From positions 930,001 through 962,000 of the forward strand of contig NZ_CP013213.1 of assembly GCF_001545095.1 (NCBI RefSeq): 32,000 bases of DNA, given 5' to 3'. Source of the stretch: Erysipelothrix larvae (GTDB taxonomy: Bacteria; Bacillota_I; Bacilli_A; Erysipelotrichales; Erysipelotrichaceae). The number at the start of each line of letters is the position of its first letter. The first letter of the stretch is position 1. Of the stretch, positions 10,401-18,903 are shown one piece after another. The notes under the pieces were generated by a model that was given only the letters and a program-made list of their open reading frames with translations, was not told the DNA's origin and did not search any database. The position numbers were made by a program, and so were the translations under genes.

Positions 10401-10516
10401 TTGTTTTTTGACGAAGGGTCCTGGGGGTTGTTTGGACTTGGCCCTGCCTTTTTACTTGAACCCAACTTTGGAATTTCCAAGGTCGATTCAAGCTTCTTTT
10501 TTGAGTTCTCTTTCAT
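7466..10516 (-). CDS. ponA: Class A penicillin-binding protein (bifunctional transglycosylase/transpeptidase) with a long C-terminal extension
   Basis: GT51 motifs EDSRFYEHNGFD and GASTIDMQLVRN. Transpeptidase motifs STIK, SRN and KTG (KTG at 8644..8636). N-terminal cytoplasmic tail plus TM segment. 4-nt overlap with recU, as in Bacillus. Confidence 0.92.
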   Translation of the reverse strand: MKENSKKKLESTLEIPKLGSSKKAGPSPNNPQDPSSKNKKKTHSPHYKARIFAGILGTITAIGVLGVLVVSIFVVSAVNESPEVSVDMFENLDSTVILDANGDVFYDTGAKLVENITYEDIPNSLIDAFLSIEDSRFYEHNGFDLPRFSIAMLNNVKDSVLSMRLSFSGGGASTIDMQLVRNGVFSKEDPVTGEVVTPADSGPDGIKRKIQEIYIATSLNNNNILSKRSIFQMYVNKINFGTGNNILGVEKSANFYFDKSVSELNLVESAFLAGVINSPSNNTPYASLETATDRTHTVIDMMLHHGYISEEEHARAMTVPLENLFVDRSGENQTLDYQAYVDLVLAEAEEITGKSPVTTPMVIHTAMNINVQTAMDQVSRREVSNLNFGSRTDLQMASSIVDNSTGEVIAVMGGYDYNNKRSWLRVKETHSQPGSTIKPLVDYAPAFEYLGWATSHVMMDQPYVWGGTDFAVGNWDGRFEGQVTLRRAISDSRNIPAIEAFTAVYDSIGRQRYIEYLRSFGFNIFEEDGFDHQFSIGGNRFETSPYELAGAYAAIFNGGVFTEPHTIRQVDFKDGSESVMSPYASNQVISEAAAFMTAQTMRYVILDNLTYTARPTRRSYPVYGKTGTTNHDQANANNFGVPANSAKDLWIVNATDRFTFATWSGFDKFDKDAWLTTEIQRFNLPGNMNSYILDVLAEEYGVGREISRPSTVSDITHILGTFPYQSPIDGMDSSLITTGLIKRDRLNLVEATPPTLNDLASATITTSGGLLNTKITVNMTPYPNADALTVAPTTFEMTSSTGRTFTGKRLYDPSWIFGAVRYQADLYVNGELQKTVMSDTENVELTLSNFTSGEVRVCAYYTFEKNQDKRSNEICNTLDMSNSEVEVPDFETEDDVTGFSNQYGKDVVSLTYQPVSDINRYNTVASVSPDYRGQKVTLSKLKSSKMTVVINDFVIDVMNYTNRPYSEFANQFGGYFTLKKEGSGNNIVSISGPNETPLTSIRLSSMEGQTLTIKTQ

Positions 10517-11091
10517 AAGTTCTCCTTTAATCTTTGATCAATAATAGGAAGATAATCACACGGTGCATGATACGTTTCTTCCACCATTGTACCAATTTCA
10601 CGAATCCAAGGTAAAGGTAATGACTTGGATTTGTGTGTGCTAATATACTCAAATATGTCCTGAGCATAAACTAAATATGTCTCATTTAAAGACGTAAATC
10701 GAATAATTAAGAAGGCAATCGCTCCATGCTGTAACACACTTCTTAAATGATCAATTTGATGCTGATGTAACAATGCCAATGGAAAGATCGTACGGTTCTT
10801 TGTCTCTTTCGCCTCAAAGTCAATGTACTTTCCTTTATATATTCCATTGTAATCCGTTGTGGAAGCATGACGATAATATGCTTCAACAATCTTCGCTTTA
10901 TTGCGCGCTGGATAGTCAACATGAACTACTTGTATCGGGGTTGGTTTCTTGTGAATGACTGCCTTATTATAAATAAGGTAGGATTCATTCGTCTGATTAA
11001 TATCAGACTCAAGAGTCATACCACGTCTACTTGTGTTCGCTTGTTGCGGTCTTGAAGCATTCTTTCGTGTTCCGTTTGGATACTGAATCAT
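10513..11091 (-). CDS. recU: Holliday junction resolvase RecU
   Basis: The protein starts MIQYPNGTRK, like B. subtilis RecU (MIRYPNG...), and sits upstream of ponA. The track ATG at 11115 lies inside a TATAAT-like hexamer, so the ATG at 11091 is preferred. Confidence 0.85.
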   Translation of the reverse strand: MIQYPNGTRKNASRPQQANTSRRGMTLESDINQTNESYLIYNKAVIHKKPTPIQVVHVDYPARNKAKIVEAYYRHASTTDYNGIYKGKYIDFEAKETKNRTIFPLALLHQHQIDHLRSVLQHGAIAFLIIRFTSLNETYLVYAQDIFEYISTHKSKSLPLPWIREIGTMVEETYHAPCDYLPIIDQRLKENL

Positions 11092-11160
11092 AACATCACC
11101 AAGGATATTATACACTAATTCACAAAAAACTTAATAATAAGTTTGATTGAATAAATTTGG

Positions 11161-11189
11161 TTGCAAGAAAACATAAGATTTGAGATAAT
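11161..11189 (+). promoter_or_regulatory. Sigma-A-type promoter for gpsB/rnpB
   Basis: TTGCAA (11161-11166), 17-nt spacer, GATAAT (11184-11189), with TG at 11181-11182 (extended -10). Confidence 0.55.
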
Positions 11190-11206
11190 AAGGACGAGGT
11201 GGAATT

Positions 11207-11518
11207 ATGGCGCAGAAATTAACGGTAGATATGATTTTAAATAAAGAGTTCCATATTGATTTCAAAGGCTATAATGCTCAAGAAGTTGACGCATTTTTAG
11301 ATGATGTAATGAAAGATTATGAAGCTTTTCAAGAAATTATTGCTGAACAAAAAACACTTTTAGATCGATATGAAGAAACACTATCGAATCAAAAGCGCAT
11401 GATCCTAGAATATGAGGGAAAGCATCGCGCGGTTAAAGATGTTCAACCGACAGTAAGTTATGTTGATTTATTGAAACGCGTAACGAAACTAGAAGATGAA
11501 GTATTTAACAATAAATAA
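11207..11518 (+). CDS. gpsB: Cell-cycle/divisome protein GpsB (DivIVA-domain)
   Basis: 103 aa with N-terminus ILNKEFHIDFKGYNAQEVDAFLDDVMKDYE, typical of the GpsB/DivIVA lipid-binding domain. It lies next to recU-ponA and rnpB, as in Bacillus. Confidence 0.85.
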   Translation: MAQKLTVDMILNKEFHIDFKGYNAQEVDAFLDDVMKDYEAFQEIIAEQKTLLDRYEETLSNQKRMILEYEGKHRAVKDVQPTVSYVDLLKRVTKLEDEVFNNK

Positions 11519-11526
11519 AATAACTT

Positions 11527-11882
11527 AATGACACGAAAGATAATCGCTGGTTGCTTAGACAACTAGAGGAAAGTCCATGCTCGCACCATCTGTGATGATG
11601 GTAGTGTTTGTGCTTAACGAAACGATAAGTTAAGGCATAGAGGCATCTATGACGGCTGACCGGACTCCTAAGGGAAACTATGGACGAAGGCTTTAAAAGT
11701 GCCACAGTGACGAAGTTTTCATGGAAACGTGAAAAGTGGAACGTTGGTAAACCCCATAAGCGAGAAACCCAAATTTGGTAGGGGAACTTATACAATCGAA
11801 TGAAGAAGAACGTATAGGACGTGATGAAATTGCGTAGAGAAATGATTATCATTAACAGAACATGGCTTATTGAGTGTCAATG
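11527..11882 (+). ncRNA. rnpB: RNase P RNA, bacterial type B
   Basis: Conserved P4 strands GAGGAAAGTCCATGCTCGCAC and ACAGAACATGGCTTA are present. Also seen: AAGTGCCACAGTGACGAAG, GGTAAACCCC..GCGAGAAACCCAAAT, P2 GATAATC/GATTATC and P1 TGACAC (11529-34)/GTGTCA (11874-79). Ends are accurate to a few nt. Confidence 0.92.
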
Positions 11883-11887
11883 CATTT

Positions 11888-11907
11888 AGGGTTTTGTGCC
11901 CTTTTTT
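11888..11907 (+). terminator. Possible short terminator after rnpB
   Basis: AGGG (11888-11891) pairs with CCCT (11899-11902), followed by a T run. The stem is weak. Confidence 0.35.
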
Positions 11908-11910
11908 GTG

Positions 11911-11939
11911 TTGTATAAAGTTGTTAGGGTTGTTATAAT
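11911..11939 (+). promoter_or_regulatory. Sigma-A-type promoter for rodZ-pgsA
   Basis: TTGTAT (11911-11916), 17-nt spacer, TATAAT (11934-11939), with an upstream TG (11931-11932). Confidence 0.6.
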
Positions 11940-11997
11940 TTATATTGTTAGGTTTACATTGTTTTTATATAAATATTTGGAAGAAGGTGAACATCGC

Positions 11998-12975
11998 TTG
12001 GAACAGATAGGTGCAGCACTTCGTGAAAGACGGTTAGAACTTGGTCTAACGTTAGAAGAAGTAAGCAAAAAAACACGACTACAAATACCATTCATTCGAG
12101 CAATAGAGTCAGGGGATATCGAATTTTTTAAAGACGACTTATCCTATTTATCTTATTATGTTCGTCATTATGCGACAGAACTTGGAATGGATTATGAATC
12201 TTTTAAAGATGACATAGATCATTTTGTATATGAATACACAGAATCATTGGATGTTGGGGAGATTCGAAGGAATATCGAAATATCAGATCGAATTCGTAAA
12301 CAATCCGAAACGTCCAAAGAAAAAAACAAAATTAAGAAAACAAAAGCTAAACCCGTGAAGCGCAAACGTAGCATTGATTTTTCAATGCTCGCATTTTTAG
12401 TATCTGCAGTAGCAGTTGTCGCGGTAGTTGTCCTTGTTTTATTTCATTATGTGCCACAATGGCTCGCTGATGATCCAGTACCGACACCAACCCCACCAGC
12501 TGATACCGATAACGGTGGTGCAAATGGTGGAACCAACGGTGGAACAAATGGCGGCACTGATAACGGTCAAAATGGTGGCGATAATGGTGATACTGATGGC
12601 AATGGTAGTGAAACACCAAAACCAGGAGACATTACAATAAAAGCCACCGATGATACAAACTTCGTACTCTCGGGATGGACTGAGAATCAATCCGTTGACA
12701 TTACATTAACGGTTGCGAATCGAACATGGCTTCGCATTACCGTTGATGACAAAGACGTAGATAATCCAACAAGTAAAATATATGAAAGTGGAGAAATTGT
12801 GCATTTAAGTGAAATAGCTGTTGAAGGAAAAGTTGTTATGTTCCATGTGGGTTACATGAATGGTAATACCTTTAAAGTGAATGACACAGCGATAACCCTT
12901 AATGACAGCGTTGCGAATCTTCAGGGTACAGCGAAGATTTATTTCAAGTTCTCGAATAATGGAGGTTCAGAATGA
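11998..12975 (+). CDS. rodZ: RodZ-like cytoskeleton protein (XRE HTH, TM, low-complexity linker, C-terminal beta domain)
   Basis: A TTG start at 11998 lies 7 nt after GAAGGTGA. The product begins (M)EQIGAALRERRLELGLTLEEVSKKTRLQIPFIRAIESGD (HTH) and has the TM segment FSMLAFLVSAVAVVAVVVLVLF. It sits upstream of pgsA, like B. subtilis ymfM. The track start 11896 would run through the promoter. Confidence 0.8.
   Translation: MEQIGAALRERRLELGLTLEEVSKKTRLQIPFIRAIESGDIEFFKDDLSYLSYYVRHYATELGMDYESFKDDIDHFVYEYTESLDVGEIRRNIEISDRIRKQSETSKEKNKIKKTKAKPVKRKRSIDFSMLAFLVSAVAVVAVVVLVLFHYVPQWLADDPVPTPTPPADTDNGGANGGTNGGTNGGTDNGQNGGDNGDTDGNGSETPKPGDITIKATDDTNFVLSGWTENQSVDITLTVANRTWLRITVDDKDVDNPTSKIYESGEIVHLSEIAVEGKVVMFHVGYMNGNTFKVNDTAITLNDSVANLQGTAKIYFKFSNNGGSE
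12511..12609 (+). repeat. Degenerate 9-bp (AAY GGY GGN) tandem repeats encoding the N/G/T/D-rich RodZ linker
   Basis: The region translates to NGGANGGTNGGTNGGTDNGQNGGDNGDTDGNG. The nucleotide periodicity is visible by eye. Confidence 0.7.
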
Positions 12976-13565
12976 ATTTGGCAAACCGATTAACAATATT
13001 CAGAATTATCTTAATTCCGATTATTGTCTTGATTTACGTATTCCCATACGCACAGTTTGGGATAACAGAAGGCTATGTTAAAGTAGATACAGTCTTGCTT
13101 TACCATAAAAACATCGCAATTCTTATTTTATTTGCGATTGCATCCTTTACGGATTTCTTAGATGGATATCTAGCACGTTCTCGCAATATGATTACCACTT
13201 TTGGTAAATTCTTAGATCCAATTGCGGACAAGATGCTTGTTAATACATTATTGATTATCTTTGTATCACAACAAACCGTACCGCTTGTTGCAGTACTTAT
13301 TATGATTTGGCGTGATACGGTTGTGGATGCTTTAAGAATGCTATTATCACAACGAGGAATTGTTTTAGCTGCTGGATACTTTGGTAAAGTTAAAACAGTT
13401 GCACAAATGCTTGCAATTATCTTAGTTCTCTTAGGGAACTTACCCTTTGAACTGTATGGAATTCCAGTTTCATCAATCATGATTTGGTTCGCTACCTTAA
13501 TGTCATTGTTAAGTGGTGTATCCTATGTATTACAAAGTCGTTCACTATTCATGACAAATGAATAG
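12972..13565 (+). CDS. pgsA: CDP-diacylglycerol--glycerol-3-phosphate 3-phosphatidyltransferase
   Basis: CDP-alcohol phosphatidyltransferase motif DFLDGYLAR....TTFGKFLDPIADK, multi-TM, GGAGG SD. ATGA overlap with rodZ. Confidence 0.92.
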   Translation: MNLANRLTIFRIILIPIIVLIYVFPYAQFGITEGYVKVDTVLLYHKNIAILILFAIASFTDFLDGYLARSRNMITTFGKFLDPIADKMLVNTLLIIFVSQQTVPLVAVLIMIWRDTVVDALRMLLSQRGIVLAAGYFGKVKTVAQMLAIILVLLGNLPFELYGIPVSSIMIWFATLMSLLSGVSYVLQSRSLFMTNE

Positions 13566-13611
13566 GAAAACGATAAATCGTTGAATACTTAACTAAGAGA
13601 CGGAGGCTATT

Positions 13612-14646
13612 ATGAGTCAGAAAAATGTTGAAAATAAAGATAAGATTCTAGAAGGTGTCATCAGTCAAATCGAAAAGCAATACGGTAAGGGCTCAATTAT
13701 GAAATTGGGTGATCGACCGAATGTTGATGTTGATGCGATTAGTTCAGGATCTTTAAGCCTTGATGCTGCCTTAGGGATTGGTGGATATCCAAAAGGGCGT
13801 ATTATCGAAATCTATGGACCAGAATCTGGTGGTAAAACAACACTTGCACTTCATGCGATAGCTGAGGTTCAAAAAGCGGGTGGTCGTGCAGCGTTTATTG
13901 ATGCTGAAAATGCAATTGACCCTACCTATGCAAAGAACTTAGGGGTAAACATCGATGAGTTAATTTTATCGCAACCTGATAGTGGTGAACAAGCGTTGGA
14001 TATTGTAGATGTCTTAGTGCGTTCAGGTGCTGTTGATTTAATTGTTGTTGACAGTGTTGCCGCTCTTGTTCCACAACAAGAACTTGATGGCGATATGGCA
14101 GATGCACTGGTCGGAACACAAGCGCGTATGATGTCAAAAGCAATGCGTAAACTCAGCGGGGCAATGAACCGTGGTGAATGTACCACAATCTTCATTAACC
14201 AATTGCGTGAAAAAGTAGGGGTTATGTTTGGAAATCCAGAAACAACACCAGGTGGTCGTGCGTTGAAGTTTTATTCATCCGTTCGTCTTGAGATTCGTCG
14301 TTCAGAACAAATTAAAGCAGGGACAGATATCATCGGAAACAAAACGAACATTAAAGTAGTAAAAAACAAAGTGGCACCACCATTCAAAGCCGTACAAATT
14401 GAAATTGTCTATGGAAAAGGAATCAGCTATGTTGGTGAAGTCTTGGACATGGCAGTTGAATTTGAACTCCTTCAAAAGAGTGGTTCATGGTATTCATACA
14501 AAGATGAGCGTATTGGACAAGGCCGTGATGCTGTAAAAGCATTCCTTGAAGCAAATCCAGAGATTATGAATACATTATCCGAACAAATTCGTGATCGAAT
14601 TATTCCAGCTCGTGCTGCGAAGTTGGAACAAGAAAACAGCAAATAA
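13612..14646 (+). CDS. recA: Recombinase RecA
   Basis: Walker [13 protein letters not shown] plus [18 protein letters not shown] and [28 protein letters not shown]. Confidence 0.98.
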   Translation: MSQKNVENKDKILEGVISQIEKQYGKGSIMKLGDRPNVDVDAISSGSLSLDAALGIGGYPKGRIIEIYGPESGGKTTLALHAIAEVQKAGGRAAFIDAENAIDPTYAKNLGVNIDELILSQPDSGEQALDIVDVLVRSGAVDLIVVDSVAALVPQQELDGDMADALVGTQARMMSKAMRKLSGAMNRGECTTIFINQLREKVGVMFGNPETTPGGRALKFYSSVRLEIRRSEQIKAGTDIIGNKTNIKVVKNKVAPPFKAVQIEIVYGKGISYVGEVLDMAVEFELLQKSGSWYSYKDERIGQGRDAVKAFLEANPEIMNTLSEQIRDRIIPARAAKLEQENSK

Positions 14647-14654
14647 CCATTTTC

Positions 14655-14678
14655 AAAGGAACGAAAGTTCCTTTTTTT
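14655..14678 (+). terminator. Intrinsic terminator of recA
   Basis: AAAGGAAC (14655-14662), GAAA loop, GTTCCTTT (14667-14674), followed by T's. Confidence 0.85.
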
Positions 14679-14823
14679 CTTTCAAAGATGGTAAAAAATT
14701 AAGTGTGCGCACGATTTATTAGACACTTGAATGTTTTAGCTTATTTGTGTATTCTTAAAATACAAGAAACTATTTATGGTAGCTGTGTCAAAATAGTTTT
14801 TAAGAATAGGGGAATTTCTTGCA

Positions 14824-15948
14824 ATGATATCATTTTGGTTTAATCTTTTTTTCTTAGGGTTAACATGGGGACTTGGACTCTTGATTAAAACTGATACATC
14901 TCATATTAGCGCACTTGATTTTGGTTTAAGTGCTGTTTTCTTTAGCGTCTATTTTTCATGTGCAATCATAAAAAATAATAAAATCATAATGCGACTGACC
15001 TCAATGCTTTTAGATATCCTTGTATTTGTTGTTTTTATTCAAGGTAACTTTAATAGTGCTGCACCCCTAATCTTTATCATACTCACTTACGTTTCAAGTC
15101 AAACAAATGACCCCTGGGGTGTCCGTGTTCATATCTTCTTTCAATCCGTGTTGATGATCAGTGTAATACCACGTATCGGTATGGGTAAAGAACTCTTATT
15201 AGTAGGCATGATGATGACGATAGCGTATACCTGGATTATATTAACGGATAAAAAAGAACACGCCTATATTGAACTCAATACAATGTATGACACGATTCAA
15301 AGTGACTATCGAAGATTAAAACGACACAGTGTAATCCATGAGAAGGCATTGCGTGAAGAAGAACGTAAACAAATCGCACGCGAAATTCATGACTCTGTAG
15401 GGCATCGTCTTACAGCACTTTTAATGCAACTTGAAGTGCTTCGTATGCAAACTGAAGGGACTGAGTTAAACCAACGGATTCAACAATTAAAAACGCTTGC
15501 CCAAGAAAGTTTGAGTGAAACTCGCGAAGCTGTTAAAACACTGAAACATGATGAAACTACAGGACTCAATGCAGTCATTCAATTGATTCGTAAACTTGAA
15601 TCAGAAAGTCATCTTGAAATCACATTCCAGGTAAAAGCGGGGGCACTCTCGTTTCCACTGAGTTCCAGTCAATCCGTGATCCTATATCGATGTATTCAAG
15701 AAAGTTTAACAAATATGATGCGCCACGCTCAAACACGTATTGGTCATGTTGAATTTAGCCTTATCGGTGAGCAATTCTTTCGGTTCCAAGTGAGTAATCC
15801 CTTAGATTTCGTTGTGCCATATCAAGAAGGGTTTGGACTCACATCAATGCGTGAACGCTTGTTACAGATACAAGGAACGTTAACGATTTCTCAAACGCAT
15901 GATCAATTCATTGTATTGGGAGTATTCCCAATGGAAAAAGAGGTGTAA
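14824..15948 (+). CDS. Sensor histidine kinase, HisKA_3 (NarL/LiaS/YvfT-type), polytopic N-terminus
   Basis: Multi-TM N-terminal half, H-box EERKQIAREIHDSVGHRLTAL, then an HATPase_c region (GFGLTSMRERL). Confidence 0.88.
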   Translation: MISFWFNLFFLGLTWGLGLLIKTDTSHISALDFGLSAVFFSVYFSCAIIKNNKIIMRLTSMLLDILVFVVFIQGNFNSAAPLIFIILTYVSSQTNDPWGVRVHIFFQSVLMISVIPRIGMGKELLLVGMMMTIAYTWIILTDKKEHAYIELNTMYDTIQSDYRRLKRHSVIHEKALREEERKQIAREIHDSVGHRLTALLMQLEVLRMQTEGTELNQRIQQLKTLAQESLSETREAVKTLKHDETTGLNAVIQLIRKLESESHLEITFQVKAGALSFPLSSSQSVILYRCIQESLTNMMRHAQTRIGHVEFSLIGEQFFRFQVSNPLDFVVPYQEGFGLTSMRERLLQIQGTLTISQTHDQFIVLGVFPMEKEV

Positions 15949-15949
15949 T

Positions 15950-16582
15950 ATGCATTCAATTTTACTTGCAGAAGATCAAGCACTTGTGCGTCAAGGGCTA
16001 AAGATGATGATAGAGACAGATCCTACTTTAAAAGTCAGTGGTGAAGCTGAGAATGGCCAACAAGCGCTTAATCTATGTGAAACCCAGAGCTTTGATATCG
16101 CAATTCTTGATATTCGAATGCCAGTAATGACAGGGCTTGAAGCGATGCGAGTCATTAAGGCTAAGTGGCCAGATACTAAAATACTGGTACTTACAACCTT
16201 CAATGATGAAGCATATGCACTGGAAGCCTTGCGAAATGGTGCAAATGGATACATGCTGAAAGATGCGGATGCCAAAGGTCTCATTCAAGCTATCCACAGT
16301 TGTCTTAAAGGCGGTCTCACCTTAGAAGATCAAGTTGCTGCGAAAGTTATTCCTGCATTGATGACTCAGGATAATACAGTCAATATTGACACCACCCTTA
16401 CAAAACGTGAACTTGAGATTATTAAATGTGTAGGTCAAGGGCTTAGTAATCAAGAAATTGCGAATGTACTTTTCTTATCGATTGGAACCATTAAAAACAA
16501 TATATCCATAATATTAGATAAACTTGACTTAAGAGATCGAACCCAACTTGCAATCTATGCGATTAAGCATCACATATCATAA
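15950..16582 (+). CDS. Response regulator, NarL/LuxR family (REC + GerE HTH)
   Basis: The ATG at 15950 lies 1 nt after the kinase stop, with AAGAGGTG SD. REC motifs LLAEDQ and DIAILDIRMP; C-terminal LTKRELEIIKCVGQGLSNQEIANVLFLSIGTIKNNISIIL. Confidence 0.9.
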   Translation: MHSILLAEDQALVRQGLKMMIETDPTLKVSGEAENGQQALNLCETQSFDIAILDIRMPVMTGLEAMRVIKAKWPDTKILVLTTFNDEAYALEALRNGANGYMLKDADAKGLIQAIHSCLKGGLTLEDQVAAKVIPALMTQDNTVNIDTTLTKRELEIIKCVGQGLSNQEIANVLFLSIGTIKNNISIILDKLDLRDRTQLAIYAIKHHIS

Positions 16583-16628
16583 CGTGACTTAAGTCACGAA
16601 AACTGAACTCACCAGTGACTCAAGGCAG
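16583..16628. promoter_or_regulatory. Candidate operator pair: perfect 16-bp palindrome plus a degenerate second copy
   Basis: CGTGACTTAAGTCACG (16583-16598) is followed 31 nt later (start to start) by GTGACTCAAGGCAG (16615-16628), an 11/14 match to the palindrome core. The second copy abuts a weak -35 and the TATAAT at 16653-16658 of the ABC operon. Confidence 0.45.
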
Positions 16629-16689
16629 TGTTATTATGGTGGGTTTATTTTTTATAATAGACTTATGAAAACGAAAAGGGGATTGAAGA

Positions 16690-17622
16690 ATGTTACAAGT
16701 GATTGATTTAGAAAAAAAGTTTAAAAACCACCTAGCAGTTGATGGTGTGAATCTTAATATTGAAAAAGGGGAGTCTATAGGCCTTCTTGGACCCAATGGT
16801 GCCGGTAAATCAACAACCATCTCGATGATATCAACATTAATTGAACCCACAGCGGGAATGATCTATTTTAATGGTGAAAACATCATTAAAAAACCATCAA
16901 GCATTCGACCAGTGCTTGGAGTTGTACCTCAAGAAATTGCCCTGTATGATGAACTCACTGCTGCTGAAAATATGCGTTTTTTTGGACGAGCTTATGGATT
17001 AAAAGGCGAAGCGTTGGATCAAAAAGTTTCTGAAGTCTTAGAATTGGTTGGCCTCACTGACCGACAAAAAGATCGGATCAAAGAGTTTTCAGGGGGTATG
17101 AAACGGCGTATCAACATCGGGGTATCACTCATGCATAATCCACAACTTCTCATTATGGATGAGCCAACGGTGGGTATTGATCCCCAATCACGAAATTACA
17201 TATTAGAAATGGTGAGAAAACTGAATGTTGAAAAAGGAATGGCAATACTTTATACAAGTCACTACATGGAAGAAGTTGAAAAACTGTGTGATCGTATTTA
17301 TATCATGGACCATGGGCAAATTATTGCTTCAGGAACACAATCTGAATTAAAAAGCATTTTATCCAGTGAAGACGCGATGCAAATCAATGTTCAATCCAAA
17401 TCAATGCCGTTTGAACACCAACTCGCTACCCATCCATTAATCCATAAGGTAATTGAGAATAATGGTGGGTATAAATTAATTGTCATGAAAGGTGAAGACC
17501 TATTTTCAGATATCTTTGCGATGGCGAAACGATGCGATGTTAAAATTGTTGGGATGCATGTTGAAGACAATTCTTTAGAAGATGTATTCCTCCATTTAAC
17601 CGGAAGAAAACTTAGGGATTAG
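16690..17622 (+). CDS. ABC transporter ATP-binding protein (ABC-2/DrrA-type)
   Basis: Walker A GPNGAGKST, signature SGGMKRR, Walker B LLIMDEPTVGIDP. SD AAGGGGA. Confidence 0.92.
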   Translation: MLQVIDLEKKFKNHLAVDGVNLNIEKGESIGLLGPNGAGKSTTISMISTLIEPTAGMIYFNGENIIKKPSSIRPVLGVVPQEIALYDELTAAENMRFFGRAYGLKGEALDQKVSEVLELVGLTDRQKDRIKEFSGGMKRRINIGVSLMHNPQLLIMDEPTVGIDPQSRNYILEMVRKLNVEKGMAILYTSHYMEEVEKLCDRIYIMDHGQIIASGTQSELKSILSSEDAMQINVQSKSMPFEHQLATHPLIHKVIENNGGYKLIVMKGEDLFSDIFAMAKRCDVKIVGMHVEDNSLEDVFLHLTGRKLRD

Positions 17623-18903
17623 GTGAGTGCTATGTTCAATCTTATAAAAAAAGACTTTCTCACCCTCACACGAAATCGATCAGAGATTATTTTACTGCTC
17701 ATTATGCCATCTGTACTGATTGTTATTTTGGGGTTTTCACTGGGTGGGATGCTTAATAAAGAGTCAAACATTAAGGAGATTCCAATTGCACTTGTTAATG
17801 AAAACAACGCTGATCAAGCCATCAAGGACTTTGTTTCTGATTTAATTGAATCAGGGACACCTGAAACCGTTGCAACCCAAATCGCAAGTCAAGCAAGTAC
17901 CATTGACCCAGCGCAGCTGTTTCTTAATATCATAGATAGTCTTGAGACTGAAGCTGTATTTACAATCAATGCCACATTATCACAATCTCAAGCGATGGAT
18001 GCACTTCAAAAGAGTGATGTTGCAGCTGTGATTACACTTCCACAATCCTTTACATACCATTCACTGATATCAGTATTTCAAGGGTTTCATGGCGACAGTC
18101 ATATTGAGGTTATTGTAGGGGATAAAGATGCTGTGAGTACAACAATCCTTCAAAGTATTTTATCGCGTTTCACATCCGAATATAACTTACAAGCTTCAGT
18201 TCTAATGGCAACGAATGGTGTTGGGGTACAAGTTGAACTTCCCGATAATTTTGGAACTGTCATCCATCTTCCACTCTTAAAATCAATCTCGTCATTTCAA
18301 TACTATACAGTAGGGATGTCAATGATGTTTTCCTTATATGTTGCATCCTCCATTTCAGGCAATGCATTCAAGGAAAAATCAAATCATACATTCTCAAGAA
18401 TTATGGTGACGGGTGAAAAACCAATACGTTATCTCATGAGTAAAGCTATCTCAGCAAGTTTAGTTGCATGTACACAATTGGCAATTCTGTTTACAACCTC
18501 AACATTGCTTTTTAATACATTTGGTAGTATAAGTATGGATACTTTAGGATATATCCTGTTTGCATCGATAATATTAGCGATAACAATCGGCACGCTATCA
18601 GCCTTGTTAACCTCAATAGCACAACGATTCAATACCGATAGTGTTTCAAGCGTATTTTCGACATTTTTAATCAGTGCATTCTCATTTCTTGGTGGAAGCA
18701 TTATACCAACGCAAATGTTCTCACCACTGCTTGGACACATAGGTCTTTGGACGCCCAATGGAGCCATGATGAATGTTTACTTACAACTTTTAAGAGGGCA
18801 AGGACTTAATGATGTAATCCCACTGCTTATCAGAATGGGTTTCATGGCAACTGTCTTCATTACAATCGCACTCATTGTATTTCCTAAAAGGAGGTTAGTG
18901 TAA
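17623..18903 (+). CDS. ABC-2 family transporter permease with a large extracytoplasmic loop
   Basis: 426 aa with an N-terminal TM, a loop of about 170 aa, then 5 TM segments. The start is GTG 17623 or ATG 17632. Tightly coupled to the flanking genes. Confidence 0.8.
   Translation: MSAMFNLIKKDFLTLTRNRSEIILLLIMPSVLIVILGFSLGGMLNKESNIKEIPIALVNENNADQAIKDFVSDLIESGTPETVATQIASQASTIDPAQLFLNIIDSLETEAVFTINATLSQSQAMDALQKSDVAAVITLPQSFTYHSLISVFQGFHGDSHIEVIVGDKDAVSTTILQSILSRFTSEYNLQASVLMATNGVGVQVELPDNFGTVIHLPLLKSISSFQYYTVGMSMMFSLYVASSISGNAFKEKSNHTFSRIMVTGEKPIRYLMSKAISASLVACTQLAILFTTSTLLFNTFGSISMDTLGYILFASIILAITIGTLSALLTSIAQRFNTDSVSSVFSTFLISAFSFLGGSIIPTQMFSPLLGHIGLWTPNGAMMNVYLQLLRGQGLNDVIPLLIRMGFMATVFITIALIVFPKRRLV

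Noticed and set aside
11505-11852. 115-aa minus-strand ORF
   Set aside because: It lies entirely antisense to the RNase P RNA gene.
11896-11997. N-terminal extension of the RodZ ORF (track start 11896)
   Set aside because: The extension covers the TTGTAT-17-TATAAT promoter and has no SD. The TTG at 11998 has a proper GAAGGTGA SD and gives the expected HTH N-terminus.
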